A DNA stretch of 64,000 nucleotides from Candidatus Bathyarchaeota archaeon (GCA_963807605.1 CAWECG010000001.1:160001-224000); one strand, 5' to 3'; shown: positions 31,542 through 42,607, numbered from the stretch's first letter. Program-made: numbers and translations. The notes: generated from the sequence alone by a model not told the origin.

Positions 31542-32588
31542 TTGTATGATCGACTTTCAAATCACTCTGCTCCGGTGAGAATATTGAATATCACGCAGGT
31601 CTTAAACGAGACAAGCCGGGCAGTCGATCCCATCATGTTGAAATATCTCAAGGGTGGTTCCGCGAAGGATTTCCTGCCCATTGTGACTCACCAAGTGAAA
31701 GCGGGAGGAAAGCGGGTGAGGCCCGCATTAACACTGCTAAGCTGTCAAGCTTGTGGAGGCAAGCGTGAAGACGCACTCCTTGCTGCCGCTATGATAGAGC
31801 TCATCCACAACTACTCACTCATAATGGACGACATAATCGATCATGGAGAGTTGCGAAGAGGCTTGCCCACTGTCAGAGCACGATACGGCGACCCCCAAGC
31901 ACTACTCGCCGGGATGTTTCACCGAGAAGTCCTAAGCGAAATAGCCCAAGACTCCTCCAGGCCCAAAGAGATGCATGGCCTTCTAGTCAACTCGATCAAA
32001 CAGACGATAGAGGGAGAACGCCTCGATATTCTATGTGAACAGGGAGGTAGAGATGACCCATACCTAATCAGGCATCGGTACACCACTGTAACGCCGGAAC
32101 TATACTTTAGGGTGATCAAGAAGAAGACCGCTGAACTAATCAAGGCTGCCTGCTTAGCAGGCGCCATTTCAGCTCGCGCAAGAAAACCCTACCAGCAAGC
32201 AGTCTCAAAATATGGGGAGAAAGTCGGCCTCGCCTTCCAGGTCATCGATGATTTCCTAGACATATTCGGTCAAGAGACTGGGAAGCAGAAGGGTAAGGAC
32301 ATTATTGAACATAAGCTTGACAACGCTGTCATAGTATACGCTCTATTAAAAATGAATCCTGAGCATCGCTCCAAACTCGTGAGTATGATACAAGCAAGAA
32401 AGATGGATCAAGTCAAACTCAAACAAGTTTTAGGCCTTCTGGAATCCACCGGCACAAGGGCGAAGGTCCAGGAATTAGCGAAAGATCTTGTTGAGGATGC
32501 TAAGAAGAGTCTGAAAGTGCTCCCAGAAACATCAGCCAGATATGCCCTTGCAGAATTGGCTGACTTTATCAGGTCCCGCCTCTACTAG
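31542..32588 (+). CDS. Polyprenyl (GGPP) diphosphate synthase; true start probably slightly downstream
   Basis: GGKRVRP, DDIID..ELRRG, FQVIDD. Confidence 0.92.
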   Translation: MYDRLSNHSAPVRILNITQVLNETSRAVDPIMLKYLKGGSAKDFLPIVTHQVKAGGKRVRPALTLLSCQACGGKREDALLAAAMIELIHNYSLIMDDIIDHGELRRGLPTVRARYGDPQALLAGMFHREVLSEIAQDSSRPKEMHGLLVNSIKQTIEGERLDILCEQGGRDDPYLIRHRYTTVTPELYFRVIKKKTAELIKAACLAGAISARARKPYQQAVSKYGEKVGLAFQVIDDFLDIFGQETGKQKGKDIIEHKLDNAVIVYALLKMNPEHRSKLVSMIQARKMDQVKLKQVLGLLESTGTRAKVQELAKDLVEDAKKSLKVLPETSARYALAELADFIRSRLY

Positions 32589-32604
32589 ATGAAACCTCAA
32601 TTTG

Positions 32605-32985
32605 TTAAAGAAGGCGAAGATGCCCGGTAACCTCGTCGATCAGTTTACTTGGTCCCGGACCTATACCGACGCATGTCAGCGTGTCAGGTCTAAGTTGTGT
32701 GAGCCCCCTGTCACGAACGGTTGTTATTGGCAAACCGAGCCTTTTAGCTTTCATCTCTAATTCATGAATTTCATCTTCAGAATTCACTTTCAAAACCACC
32801 TTACATTGGCCTTCATCAAGCCAATCTCTCCACCATGCGTTGTGCTTTTTCCTTGTAATCTCCGAAGCTGAAACGGACGCGTGACCCACCTGCGCAGAGA
32901 CCTTACCCTTTCCCATCTTCAGGTCTTGCCTGACGACCACTGCTAGCTTATACTTGACATCCGGGTAATCTGGCACTTGGCTCAA
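32605..32985 (-). CDS. pth2: Peptidyl-tRNA hydrolase Pth2
   Basis: RQDLKMGKGK.SAQVGHA, DRGLTQ, GIGP. Confidence 0.95.
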   Translation of the reverse strand: MSQVPDYPDVKYKLAVVVRQDLKMGKGKVSAQVGHASVSASEITRKKHNAWWRDWLDEGQCKVVLKVNSEDEIHELEMKAKRLGLPITTVRDRGLTQLRPDTLTCVGIGPGPSKLIDEVTGHLRLL

Positions 32986-33017
32986 CTCAGTTGTCTAACA
33001 ATAGTCTCTGCTCAGAC

Positions 33018-33737
33018 CTAGTCGAGGCCGAGCTCTGAGACATCTACTTTTCCCTCATTATCAATATCGATGATGTTGAGTGAATGGCCAAATCGTCCCC
33101 GTGTCCTTATACTAGAAGTGGTCCCTGCATTGACTAAGACGGTATTGTTAATTTGAAGTACTCTCCTCACATGTCTGTGGCCCATAAGCACTAGGTTCAC
33201 GTTATGTTTGAGGACTAGGTCAAGGATGTCTCCAGCGTCCTCTAGTACATTCATCTCGCGGCCTGAGTAGGGGACAGGCACCAAGTGATGATGGAAGACT
33301 ATGACCTTGACAACATCCTTCGTCAAAGCTCCGAGCTTATCTTCTAAGTAGTTTTGTCTTCTTCGGCCTAGTCGCCCTTCATCTCTATCTGGCTCCGGGC
33401 TATTCATGATGAAGATTCTGCATCTGCCCGTGTCAACGTCGTATTCCAGAGGACTGATCAGTTCGCGAAATAGAGACTGCCCATAGTTCCGTTCGTCGTG
33501 GTTACCGGGCGCAACGATTACTCTTGGACGGATGGACTTCATCTTCTCAATCGCTAGTTCATAGTCTGCTAGAACACCGTTGTCGGTGAGATCACCTGTG
33601 TGAACAACTATCTCAGGAGCTGGATCCAGATCATTGATTCTCTTAATTGCCCGATCGAATATGTTCTCCAGGAACTGGCCGTATCTTGAAATGTGAGTGT
33701 CAGATATCTGCACGATTCTATAAGCGATTACTTTCAA
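33018..33737 (-). CDS. Calcineurin-like metallophosphoesterase
   Basis: SDTH, TGDLTD, PGNHD, HHH, GHRH. Confidence 0.9.
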   Translation of the reverse strand: MKVIAYRIVQISDTHISRYGQFLENIFDRAIKRINDLDPAPEIVVHTGDLTDNGVLADYELAIEKMKSIRPRVIVAPGNHDERNYGQSLFRELISPLEYDVDTGRCRIFIMNSPEPDRDEGRLGRRRQNYLEDKLGALTKDVVKVIVFHHHLVPVPYSGREMNVLEDAGDILDLVLKHNVNLVLMGHRHVRRVLQINNTVLVNAGTTSSIRTRGRFGHSLNIIDIDNEGKVDVSELGLD

Positions 33738-34028
33738 ACTGCTTCCCTAGATCCGGTCTGTGTGCAAATTTGCTTTTTGCAGCCAATTTTTTGGTCTGCG
33801 GGACCGGAAGACGCATCTACTGTTCATTGTTCGCCAGTTCTTCCTCAGGCTTAAGCTTTAACATCTTCTGCGGCTTCCATTGATTGAAGAGTAATTGGAG
33901 CTCGCGCATGTTTTTCTCCAATGACACTATTTAATTGCATTACGGGTGAAAAGTGGTAAATCGAACTTCCTTCTGGAACATTTGTATGAGGATATTCTAC
34001 GCTTGAGATCACGAGGCTGCTATCTGTA

Positions 34029-34490
34029 ATGAGATTGGTTGAATCACCTGGGAAAGTCATCTCTATTGAGTTAAATACGATTGCTCATGCGACAGAGAGT
34101 CTCGATAAGGTAGAGACAGCCATTCTAAACGTCCTGCCAACTCAAGTGCATGACTCAACGTCATTCTGCAGACGTTACCTGAAAGGTCATCATGGAAACC
34201 CAATAGTCACATTGACCATGAGATTGGCGAAGGGGAAGGCGGCTAGGATGTCTGTTGAGCACTTATTCAGAATGCTTAGTCCCACCGAGAAGCATGAACT
34301 AGACTTAGAGTTTGAGAGATATCTAGACGAAGAAGACAATTTCTACATAAGGCTGGACAAACAGGAAGCGTTCAAAGGTAAGATCAAGCTGGCGCGGGAA
34401 GAGCCTATTAGAATCAAGATAAAAACAAAAATGTGGCAACCTACTCCAGAAGGAGCAAAAGAGATTCTTAGAAATCTGGGCATGGCCTAA
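34029..34490 (+). CDS. Archaeal RNA-binding protein of the RNase P/exosome superoperon
   Basis: HATE..DKV, GHHGNPI, YIRLDKQ. Confidence 0.85.
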   Translation: MRLVESPGKVISIELNTIAHATESLDKVETAILNVLPTQVHDSTSFCRRYLKGHHGNPIVTLTMRLAKGKAARMSVEHLFRMLSPTEKHELDLEFERYLDEEDNFYIRLDKQEAFKGKIKLAREEPIRIKIKTKMWQPTPEGAKEILRNLGMA

Positions 34491-35170
34491 TGAGAAAATT
34501 CGCCGACATCAACGTGAAAGCCCCTATTGGAAAGTACGATCTTCAAGATAGAATGGCAACTCTAGCTTGCGAGATCGGTCTGTCAATGGTCTGTCTGCGT
34601 TTTACTTCGAAGACCCCTTCGATCGAAGTAGAGTCATCTACGAAGATATTTCGCAATGCGGGTCTGGAGGTTGCGGTTGGAATCGACCTCTCGCCAAACT
34701 CTCGTAAGCAACTTCTTAATCAACTTAGGACTTTTCGCCGTGGTTTTGACATCGTCGCAGTTAAGTCCGCGGACACAAGGACGATGGCTGTGGCTACACA
34801 CGATAGTCGCGTTGATTTAATATCACTAGAACTCCAAAGATCCTTTCGCACCAAACTATCCCTTCTGAAGGCCAGCAAGTCGAACCTCGAACTTGAGCTG
34901 GCAAGAATCATACAGCCTGGATGCTCCGTCACCTATGAATCGTTGAAGCCCCTATGCGGAGAAATTGAGTTAGCACGGAGATGCCGGTCTGACGTTGTTA
35001 TTTCAAGTGGGGCGACTAACCCGCTTACTTTGCGCGCTCCAAGGGATATGATCTCTCTGACATCGTCTTTGGGGGCAAAGAATCAGTTCTCGCTAAAATC
35101 TGTTTCCGATATCCCCTTTGAAACCGTCAGGAAGAATCTGGCTATGCACTCCAGAGAGGTCGTAGAATAA
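34490..35170 (+). CDS. rnp3: RNase P subunit Rpp30
   Basis: DSRVDLI, SSGA...LRAPRD; gene context. Confidence 0.85.
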   Translation: MRKFADINVKAPIGKYDLQDRMATLACEIGLSMVCLRFTSKTPSIEVESSTKIFRNAGLEVAVGIDLSPNSRKQLLNQLRTFRRGFDIVAVKSADTRTMAVATHDSRVDLISLELQRSFRTKLSLLKASKSNLELELARIIQPGCSVTYESLKPLCGEIELARRCRSDVVISSGATNPLTLRAPRDMISLTSSLGAKNQFSLKSVSDIPFETVRKNLAMHSREVVE

Positions 35171-35497
35171 ATGGGGAAGGAACGTCGAAGATATCTGCTC
35201 GTGAGAGTGCTGAGCAACGAGAAAGTCTCTGAGAAGGACCTCACGTCAGCCCTTACCATGGTGGCCCAGAATCTCTTTGGCTCGGTCGGCCTTTTGCAGA
35301 TATCACCGAGGATTGTCAAATATGACTCCCTTCGTAGCGAGGCCATTCTAAGATGTAGAGCAGAATCGGTGGAAAGGCTCAGGTCAGTTGTTGCGATGTT
35401 GACTCAGGTTGCCGGTCACCAGGCTGCTGCTTTTGTCATCCATTCGTCAGGAACTATTCGCGCTCTCCGAAGACTGCACGCCGCTGAAGATCTGTAG
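35171..35497 (+). CDS. rnp2: RNase P subunit Pop5/Rpp14
   Basis: RRRYLL, LFGSVG, ILRC, SGTIR. Confidence 0.88.
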   Translation: MGKERRRYLLVRVLSNEKVSEKDLTSALTMVAQNLFGSVGLLQISPRIVKYDSLRSEAILRCRAESVERLRSVVAMLTQVAGHQAAAFVIHSSGTIRALRRLHAAEDL

Positions 35498-35542
35498 AAC
35501 TATATTTGAGCAGTTTAGTGGAGATGTGCTCCAACTCTCTGC

Positions 35543-36115
35543 CTATTCCCACCGGACGACAGGTTTCCTGACAACGCCGTAAATCAGGCTGATGACTCCT
35601 AAGACTGCAATTGGATATCCTATTTGAGTGAGAATTCTCTCCTGTCGGGCCTCTGGAACCATACTCTCGGAGGTGTATCTTGCTGATATCGTGACTTCCT
35701 TCTTGTATGTTGGATCAAGACTGTTGTCGAACAGAATGTAGAATGTTCCGTTCTCAAGTGAAATGAATGTCTCGTTGAATTCGTCGACCTTTTGACGTTG
35801 CAAGACATAACTGACGTTCTTTTGTCCATTCTTCCAACTCTGGTACGTTTTGTCATTCATGACGTAGAGGTCTATTTGGCCACTCTTGTTGGAATCCGGA
35901 ACCTGTACTTTACCGTCAAGGTTTACAATCCAGTTTTGCTGGAGGTAAACATCCTTCACTGCGAAGTCTCCAATAGGAGATAGCTTCACCTTATCAAAGA
36001 GAAGGTGATTCTCGATCTTAGGTACATCTACTACGTAGGAGTAAGCTCCGAAGTTAATCATCAACAAGCCTACAGCCAGCAACGCGATTCCCGCAAAAGT
36101 TGGCGCAGCTCTCAT
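35543..36115 (-). CDS. Membrane-anchored protein with GOLD/p24-like beta domain
   Basis: N- and C-terminal TM; IDLYVM...GTFYILFDNS. Confidence 0.6.
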   Translation of the reverse strand: MRAAPTFAGIALLAVGLLMINFGAYSYVVDVPKIENHLLFDKVKLSPIGDFAVKDVYLQQNWIVNLDGKVQVPDSNKSGQIDLYVMNDKTYQSWKNGQKNVSYVLQRQKVDEFNETFISLENGTFYILFDNSLDPTYKKEVTISARYTSESMVPEARQERILTQIGYPIAVLGVISLIYGVVRKPVVRWE

Positions 36116-36589
36116 TCAAATGTTCACCATTCCAGCTTACGCTTCCAATCTGAAAGTTGCAGGCGAGGAAAATCACAATTCATTTTGCATGCCTCATGGC
36201 GTCCTCGTTAAGATTCATCTCTCAGCAAGTCTGGGGTCATCATGGTTTGTCTTCTTGTTGTGACATCTAATTTGCGTTCTTGCTGCATTTAACATCTCCC
36301 CTGAGCGAAACAACCAAATGTGTGCCTAGGTTCATTATCGGAAGGAAACACCACCCGTGTGTTTGAAGATAGATTGGCCAGTCAGAAAAATCGATAAGCT
36401 ACGAGCTTAGACATGGCAATGGATTCGTCGAAAAGGATCCCTCATGATCATCGACAAGCAATACTTGGTAGAAAGATCTCTGGAGCCAGTTTAGTGTTAC
36501 CGACTCAAGCTCAAGGTCGGCGATATTCCTTTTTACAAAAGGTTTTTACTGGGGCATAATGTATTTCGATAGAAAGATTTCTTGACTAG

Positions 36590-37345
36590 GTGAACAGTTT
36601 GTCGATGTTTGCAGCCCCAGGAGCGTACGATCGTGCGATAACAGTCTTCTCGCCAGACGGTAGACTTTTCCAAGTTGAGTACGCGTCGGAGACAGTGAAG
36701 AGGGGCGCGACGGTTCTTGGAATAGCTTGCAAAGAAGGTGTGGTCTTGGCAGCTGAAGAAAGAGCCGCGTCCAGACTGCAAGATCTCTCCTTCATGTGGA
36801 AAATCTTCCAGATCGATGAACATATTGGCGTGGCAGTCGCCGGTCTCAGCTGTGACGCACACACACTCGTGGACCAAGCGAGAGTTTATGCTCAAAGCAA
36901 CAGACTCATGTACGATGAACCCATCGACGTTGAGATGCTGACTCGAAGAATCGGAGAGATAGAGCAACTCTATACTCAACATGGCGGAGTACGACCATTC
37001 GGTCTGTCGATGATTTTTGCAGGCGTCGACAGGAAAGGTAGCAGAGTCTTCTGGACGGACCCAAGCGGAGCATACCTGGCCTACAAAGCATGGTCAATAG
37101 GCGCTGGAGGCGATGTTGCGAACGAAGTTCTTGAGGCAGATTACAGTGACGACCTTACACTCGAAGATTCAATCATCCTAGCGCTCAAGTGCATGGCAAA
37201 AGTGCTAGAGGGAAAGGCGGTTCCACAAAAGGTGAGGATGGCAGTAATACCGGCGGACACTAAGAAGTTCAGAAAACTCTCGATCGATGAGATTGACAAA
37301 TATCTCAAGAAACTCGAGCCAACGAGAAAGGCTCCTCAGAAATGA
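36590..37345 (+). CDS. psmA: Proteasome alpha subunit
   Basis: [20 protein letters not shown]. Confidence 0.98.
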   Translation: MNSLSMFAAPGAYDRAITVFSPDGRLFQVEYASETVKRGATVLGIACKEGVVLAAEERAASRLQDLSFMWKIFQIDEHIGVAVAGLSCDAHTLVDQARVYAQSNRLMYDEPIDVEMLTRRIGEIEQLYTQHGGVRPFGLSMIFAGVDRKGSRVFWTDPSGAYLAYKAWSIGAGGDVANEVLEADYSDDLTLEDSIILALKCMAKVLEGKAVPQKVRMAVIPADTKKFRKLSIDEIDKYLKKLEPTRKAPQK

Positions 37346-38031
37346 GTAGCAAGTATACAACTGCAAGAGTAGCTGTCGAAGGCGAACATTTTGAGATACT
37401 TGTAAAACCAGATCTTGCCCTTGACTTCAAGATGGGTAAGGCTGTTCCTGTCACACAGATAATTGCAATAGAGGAAATATTTTCAGATGCGAGCAAGGGG
37501 ACCAGAGCCTCTGCTGAGAAGCTCCAGAAGACTTTCGGGACTACAGAGCCGGTCAAGATAGCCGAAGAGATCATGAGGCGTGGAGAGCTACAGTTAACAA
37601 CAGAACAGAGACGACAACTGGTAGAAGACAAGAAGAAGAGCATAATTGGGTTTATCTCGAAGAATTGTATCGACCCTCGAACAGGAGCACCTCACCCGCC
37701 TTTAAGGATCGAGCAAGCTCTCTCACAGATCAGAGTTTCAATCGATCCCTTCAAGAGTCCAGAGGAACAATCAAAGGAAATTATCGATAAGCTGAGGCCG
37801 CTCTTGCCGATCAAGATGGAGCAGATGCAGCTCACAGTCAACATACGGGCAGAATTCGCCGCAAGGGCTTATGGCGCATTAAAGAGCTTCGGAGTGATAC
37901 GCAGAGAGGAGTGGCAGTCGAACGGCTCCTGGGTGGGTACAATGGAGATGCCCGCTGGAGTATACGGCCCATTTATAGAGAAGCTTGGGAAACTGACACA
38001 AGGAACAATCCAGACAAAAGTGATCAGATAG
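37342..38031 (+). CDS. Ribosome maturation factor SBDS/Sdo1
   Basis: [23 protein letters not shown]. Confidence 0.95.
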   Translation: MSSKYTTARVAVEGEHFEILVKPDLALDFKMGKAVPVTQIIAIEEIFSDASKGTRASAEKLQKTFGTTEPVKIAEEIMRRGELQLTTEQRRQLVEDKKKSIIGFISKNCIDPRTGAPHPPLRIEQALSQIRVSIDPFKSPEEQSKEIIDKLRPLLPIKMEQMQLTVNIRAEFAARAYGALKSFGVIRREEWQSNGSWVGTMEMPAGVYGPFIEKLGKLTQGTIQTKVIR

Positions 38032-38043
38032 AGATTCAGCTCG

Positions 38044-38202
38044 TTAATCTGTATCTTCTTTAAGCATCTTCTCTAGCCTTGCGACATCGTTCCTGAGTCT
38101 TTCAAGCTCCTTCAATATGTTCTCCACGACTTCCACCAAGTTCTTCTCCTTACCCTTCTCCAAGTCTGATCGACCGATCCGAGTCTTCTCTACATCACAC
38201 AT
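38044..38202 (-). CDS. Small coiled-coil protein (about 52 aa), below the track cutoff
   Basis: ...LVEVVENILKELERLRNDVARLEKMLKEDTD* shows a heptad pattern. Confidence 0.4.
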   Translation of the reverse strand: MCDVEKTRIGRSDLEKGKEKNLVEVVENILKELERLRNDVARLEKMLKEDTD

Positions 38203-38581
38203 ATATTATTGAGGTTCACATGTCAAATATCTTGCTCCATAGACAATCTGCGCGCAGTCATTTGTGATCTCGCAAATGGAAGCTCAGCATGGGATTCGGC
38301 TGAACTCAAAAGATGGTCAAGAATGGCGCGACAAGAAACGAATAAAGCGATGCTTAACCTTCAAGATCGAGGCAAATCACAGAAAGACTTAGTAAGGTCA
38401 GTCAATGAACTAACGTGAACTTACTCAAAAGCAGAAGTGTGAAATGGCTTCACAGCAGGAGGACCACATTCCAACCTAGTCCAATAAGATTGGACAAGAG
38501 AACAGGTGAGTCCCCCCTTGGCATGCTTTGAATAGTCGATGATAAAGTAATAAAATTAGAAGGTCTTAAAGAGACACGGGA

Positions 38582-39304
38582 GTGTCAACCTTGACGATGT
38601 ATGTTGAAAAGAGGCAGGTCGTTACACCCGGCGAGTTGCTTGCTCAGGGCGACTACTATCCAGATCTTAACACGTTCAGAAATGGCGAACTCATCTACTC
38701 AACGGTGATGGGAATCTTCGACTTCAGAGGCAGTCGCCTCTCAGTCGTCCCGCTTAAGCACTGCTACATCCCATTCGTCGGTGATCTCGTTATAGGAAAG
38801 ATAGTAGACATCGGCATGTCTGGTTGGTCTGTCGACATAAATTCGCCTTACCCGGCGCTTCTGCCGGCAACGGAGACTGCGAGCAGAGAACGCGGGCCGA
38901 GGAGGGAGAGTCAAGGACTATTCGTCATCGGAGACCTTGTAAAAGCAAAGGTACTCGCATTCGACAGAACTAGAGATCCGCTACTTACCTTACGGGATCG
39001 AGGACTTGGGAAAGTGACCCAAGGAAGAATGATAAAAATCTCACCATCTACGATCCCGCGTCTAATAGGTAAGGAAGGCTCGATGATTAACATGCTGAAG
39101 AAAGAGACCGCATGCTCCATAGCAGTGGGTCATAACGGAATTGTGCTCATCTCATGTGAATCTCCAGAAAACGAGGAAGTTGCAGTCAAAATCATCAGAA
39201 TGATCGAACGTGAAGCTCACACACAAGGGTTGACAGATAGAGTATTCGAACTAATCAAAAAAGAGCTTAAAGGTGAAAAAGTTGTCAAAAGAGAAGATAC
39301 CTGA
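38582..39304 (+). CDS. rrp4: Exosome subunit Rrp4
   Basis: S1 and KH domains; [21 protein letters not shown]. Confidence 0.95.
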   Translation: MSTLTMYVEKRQVVTPGELLAQGDYYPDLNTFRNGELIYSTVMGIFDFRGSRLSVVPLKHCYIPFVGDLVIGKIVDIGMSGWSVDINSPYPALLPATETASRERGPRRESQGLFVIGDLVKAKVLAFDRTRDPLLTLRDRGLGKVTQGRMIKISPSTIPRLIGKEGSMINMLKKETACSIAVGHNGIVLISCESPENEEVAVKIIRMIEREAHTQGLTDRVFELIKKELKGEKVVKREDT

Positions 39305-40049
39305 AAGACTAATCAACGATAATGGTATCAGGCTTGATGGAAGGAGACCTGAAGAGCTTAGGCCGACCAAACTCCAAGTGGGAATACTTGAGAATGCGGA
39401 CGGATCAGCCTACATTGAACAAGGGAAGAACAAGATCATGGTCGGAGTCTACGGGCCTCGAGAAATTCATCCCAAACACCTGGTTCTGGCGGACCGAGCT
39501 GCCATCAGATGCAGATATCGCATGGCACCATTCTCAACCGATGAGAGAAAGAGCCCTGCCCCATCAAGACGAGAGATTGAGATCTCCAAGGTAATCAGAG
39601 AGGCCTTGGAACCATCAGTGATGTCCGAATACTACCCCCGAACAGTCATCGACGTATTCATAGAAGCACTTCAATGCGACGGCGGGACAAGGTGCGCTGG
39701 AATAGTAGCAGCATCCCTAGCCCTAGCCGACGCTGGCATCTCTATGAAAGAGCTCGTCTCAGCCTGCTCAGCAGGCAAAATCGACGGACAGATCGTCCTC
39801 GACCTCTTCGACACCGAAGATAAGTATGGCCAAGCAGACCTGCCAGTCGCGATGATGCCAAACCTCAACGCGGTAACCTTGATACAGATGGACGGCAACC
39901 TCAGCAGGCAAGAGTTCGAGAAAGCCTTAGAGATGGCGATGGAAGGGTGCAGACAGATAAGAAACCTCCAAGCCGAGGCGCTCAAGAAGAGATACCGAAC
40001 CATGCTTGAGGTAGAAAAACCCCAAGAGGTAAGCGAGGGAGCTAAATAA
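39273..40049 (+). CDS. rrp41: Exosome subunit Rrp41
   Basis: [25 protein letters not shown]. Confidence 0.96.
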   Translation: MKKLSKEKIPERLINDNGIRLDGRRPEELRPTKLQVGILENADGSAYIEQGKNKIMVGVYGPREIHPKHLVLADRAAIRCRYRMAPFSTDERKSPAPSRREIEISKVIREALEPSVMSEYYPRTVIDVFIEALQCDGGTRCAGIVAASLALADAGISMKELVSACSAGKIDGQIVLDLFDTEDKYGQADLPVAMMPNLNAVTLIQMDGNLSRQEFEKALEMAMEGCRQIRNLQAEALKKRYRTMLEVEKPQEVSEGAK

Positions 40050-40864
40050 TGTCAACAACCCCTCAAGGCCCATTCGCGGCGAAGCTTGAACGAAACTCGA
40101 TACTTGAGCTTGCATCAAGGAATCGCCGGCTCGACGGCAGAGGCTTGACGGACTATAGAGAGATGAAGATCGAGACAGGCGTGGTAGAGAAGGCAAGCGG
40201 ATCAGCACAGGTCACGCTTGGCAAGACAAAGATTCTCGCCGGAATAAAACTAGAAGCTGGAACACCCTTCCCAGACACGCCGAATGAAGGAGTACTCACA
40301 GTAAATGCCGAGCTTACGCCCCTAGCCTTCCCAACCTTCGAGCTCGGTCCTCCTGGGGAAAATGCAATCGAGCTTGCAAGGGTCGTCGACAGAAACCTCA
40401 GAGAATCCAAGACCATAGACGTTGCAAAGCTATGCATAGAACCGGGCAAGCAAGTCTTCGTAGCGTTTGTGGATATTGACGTGCTCGACCACGACGGAAA
40501 CCTCATCGACGCGTCAACATATGCCGCGCTTGCAGCCCTCATGACAAGTAAAATGCACAAATACGAGGTCAAGGATGGAAAGATCGTTTACCAAGAAGGC
40601 TTCCAGCCTCTTCCATTGAACAACTATCCCGTACCAGTAACCTTTGCAAAGATCGGAAAGACCTTGATGGTAGATCCCTGCCTGGCAGAAGAAGATGCTA
40701 TGAGCACCAGACTAACGGTGGGAATCGAAAAGGATGATGCCGTATGCGCGATGCAAAAGGGGGGGATGGGTGAGCTGGACTCCAACGAAGTTAAAGCCGC
40801 GGTAGACTTGGCGATTAACAAATCAAGAATTATTCGAACACTCATCATGGAGACTGCGAAGTAG
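40049..40864 (+). CDS. rrp42: Exosome subunit Rrp42
   Basis: PFPDTPNEG, ELARVVDR, DGNLIDA. Confidence 0.96.
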   Translation: MSTTPQGPFAAKLERNSILELASRNRRLDGRGLTDYREMKIETGVVEKASGSAQVTLGKTKILAGIKLEAGTPFPDTPNEGVLTVNAELTPLAFPTFELGPPGENAIELARVVDRNLRESKTIDVAKLCIEPGKQVFVAFVDIDVLDHDGNLIDASTYAALAALMTSKMHKYEVKDGKIVYQEGFQPLPLNNYPVPVTFAKIGKTLMVDPCLAEEDAMSTRLTVGIEKDDAVCAMQKGGMGELDSNEVKAAVDLAINKSRIIRTLIMETAK

Positions 40865-40865
40865 A

Positions 40866-41258
40866 ATGCCAAGGATGAGTAAGACTCGGCTTGGAGGAGG
40901 TCTCGCCACACGATACGGAACTGCGCCCAGAAGACGGTACATCGACGTTCTTACCAGGATGCGACGGTTCCACGAATGTCCAAGATGCCGAGTCAGGGCA
41001 GCCAAGCGAGTAAGCGTCGGACTCTGGCAATGCAGAAAGTGCGGATATCAATTCACTGGAGGCGCTTACGTTCCTTTCACAAAAACCGGAGAGACAGCCA
41101 AGAGGTCTGCCACAGCAATCACCTACTCGCCCACCATCGCTGAGACTTCTGCCGCTTCCACTGTCCCCGGAACTCCTCTCCCTAAGTCTCGAAACTCCAA
41201 AAGAAAGCCTCGCAGAAAGAAACCCTCAGAGGAGACTTCAAAGGAAGAGACTAAGTGA
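40866..41258 (+). CDS. rpl37ae: 50S ribosomal protein eL43 (L37Ae) with a long low-complexity C-terminal extension
   Basis: RYG, CPRC, WQCRKC, FTGGAY. Confidence 0.93.
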   Translation: MPRMSKTRLGGGLATRYGTAPRRRYIDVLTRMRRFHECPRCRVRAAKRVSVGLWQCRKCGYQFTGGAYVPFTKTGETAKRSATAITYSPTIAETSAASTVPGTPLPKSRNSKRKPRRKKPSEETSKEETK

Positions 41259-41773
41259 TACTTGTAACTACTGGAAGAAATCCCACTCAGAGCACCAGAA
41301 GATTATGCAAGGAACTTACCAGATTTATGCCCAACACGCGTAGACTGGTAAGGGGTAAGCTAGGCCTACGCCAACTTCCAGATGAACTTGCCTCGGCTGA
41401 ATCTGATCGGATGATCATCGTATACAGGGGATTCGGTGGACCAAGTCAGCTGGGACTAGTCAGACTTGACGGCAGTCAGCTGAAGAAGATCCCTCCAACA
41501 ATAATGTTGCAGAGTATGAAACTCGAGCCAACCAGAAAACGGCACTCAAGCAAGGTAGAATGCATAACCGCGGACTCAAAGGATGCCCTACATCTGGCTG
41601 AGGTTTTCTCAGAATTCCTAGAGCTGCCTTTGGCTGATTACAAAACCTCCGATTTCAAACACTCACTGCATATATCAAGTGATGCAAGAAGAGTTTTGAC
41701 GATCGCTCCTATTCATCTGCAGACAGGGCATATGGAAGGATTCAGTCTAATCGCCAAGAAACTGCAATGGTGA
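41255..41773 (+). CDS. Brix/Imp4-like ribosome biogenesis protein
   Basis: ILVTTGRNPTQSTR...RGK; superoperon position. Confidence 0.8.
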   Translation: MILVTTGRNPTQSTRRLCKELTRFMPNTRRLVRGKLGLRQLPDELASAESDRMIIVYRGFGGPSQLGLVRLDGSQLKKIPPTIMLQSMKLEPTRKRHSSKVECITADSKDALHLAEVFSEFLELPLADYKTSDFKHSLHISSDARRVLTIAPIHLQTGHMEGFSLIAKKLQW

Positions 41774-41779
41774 GGTTCC

Positions 41780-42040
41780 TTAGGGCACAAGCGCAAAGCT
41801 GTAGAGGCTGAAGTTGCGGTGCCATTCCGCTCACTCTCCAGTCTCAAAGCAATAAAGACAGCGATGGTAGTGGATGAGAAGAATTGGCCAACACAAAAAG
41901 CAGCTACAAGAATCATGACCCGGAAGAAGACATTAACACTTAATGTCCAAACAGACAATATCTCTTTCTTAAGGGCCGTACTCAACACCAATCTCAGACT
42001 GTTGCTAACTTGGAGAAGAATTGTCGACGCTCTTGGATAA
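41780..42040 (+). CDS. Second Pcc1-family paralog; start uncertain
   Basis: DNISFLRAVLNTNLRLL; frame open from 41774; located upstream of prefoldin beta. Confidence 0.7.
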   Translation, partial: LGHKRKAVEAEVAVPFRSLSSLKAIKTAMVVDEKNWPTQKAATRIMTRKKTLTLNVQTDNISFLRAVLNTNLRLLLTWRRIVDALG

Positions 42041-42442
42041 GATTTCGAGAACCACGATTTCTTGAACAAGTAAGATCATCTTTGTAGAAAATCATCGATA
42101 GTTGTAGTAAGATCTTGACGTCTTCACCTAAGTCGTAACTTTGTTATACTGGCAAAGAGATCATAGCATTTCACAAGTGGGAAGTAGATGCTTGATTTCA
42201 ATAAGCCCAAGTCGTGTTAAGTCCCTCCAGAGAATCTAGGTCTCTGATGCCATCTGCTTCCATTTGCAAATGGTATAGTTGTAACCGTCTTACACGTAGC
42301 GGAATAGTTCAGGGTTAGATCACAAAACTCACATGACATTGCCTTTGTTTTCGTCTCAACGAACGTTCTATATATGACATACACACTCCAATTAGATTTG
42401 TCCTCTCAAACAGGACTCGCAGTCAGACCGGAGGTGACTGTT

Positions 42443-42481
42443 TTGCCTAAGGCCAAGAAGAAGGCTAAGAAGAAAAAGTAA
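42443..42481 (+). CDS. 12-aa Lys-rich micro-ORF MPKAKKKAKKKK
   Basis: Perfect SD GGAGGTGA at 42430-42437, TTG start, TATA-like tatatatg near 42369. Confidence 0.55.
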   Translation: MPKAKKKAKKKK

Positions 42482-42607
42482 GTTAGACTGGCCAGCCTCT
42501 CACAACGCGCTCAAACTCACTCGAGTAGTGTTTGAGAGTCAGTTAGCTTCATATCCAAGTAACTCATCAGCATAGAAGCCATTACTGCAGACAAGGATGT
42601 CGAACAA

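Noticed and set aside
36208-36288. 26-aa minus-strand ORF MQQERKLDV... with an SD-like sequence
   Set aside because: No motif or other support
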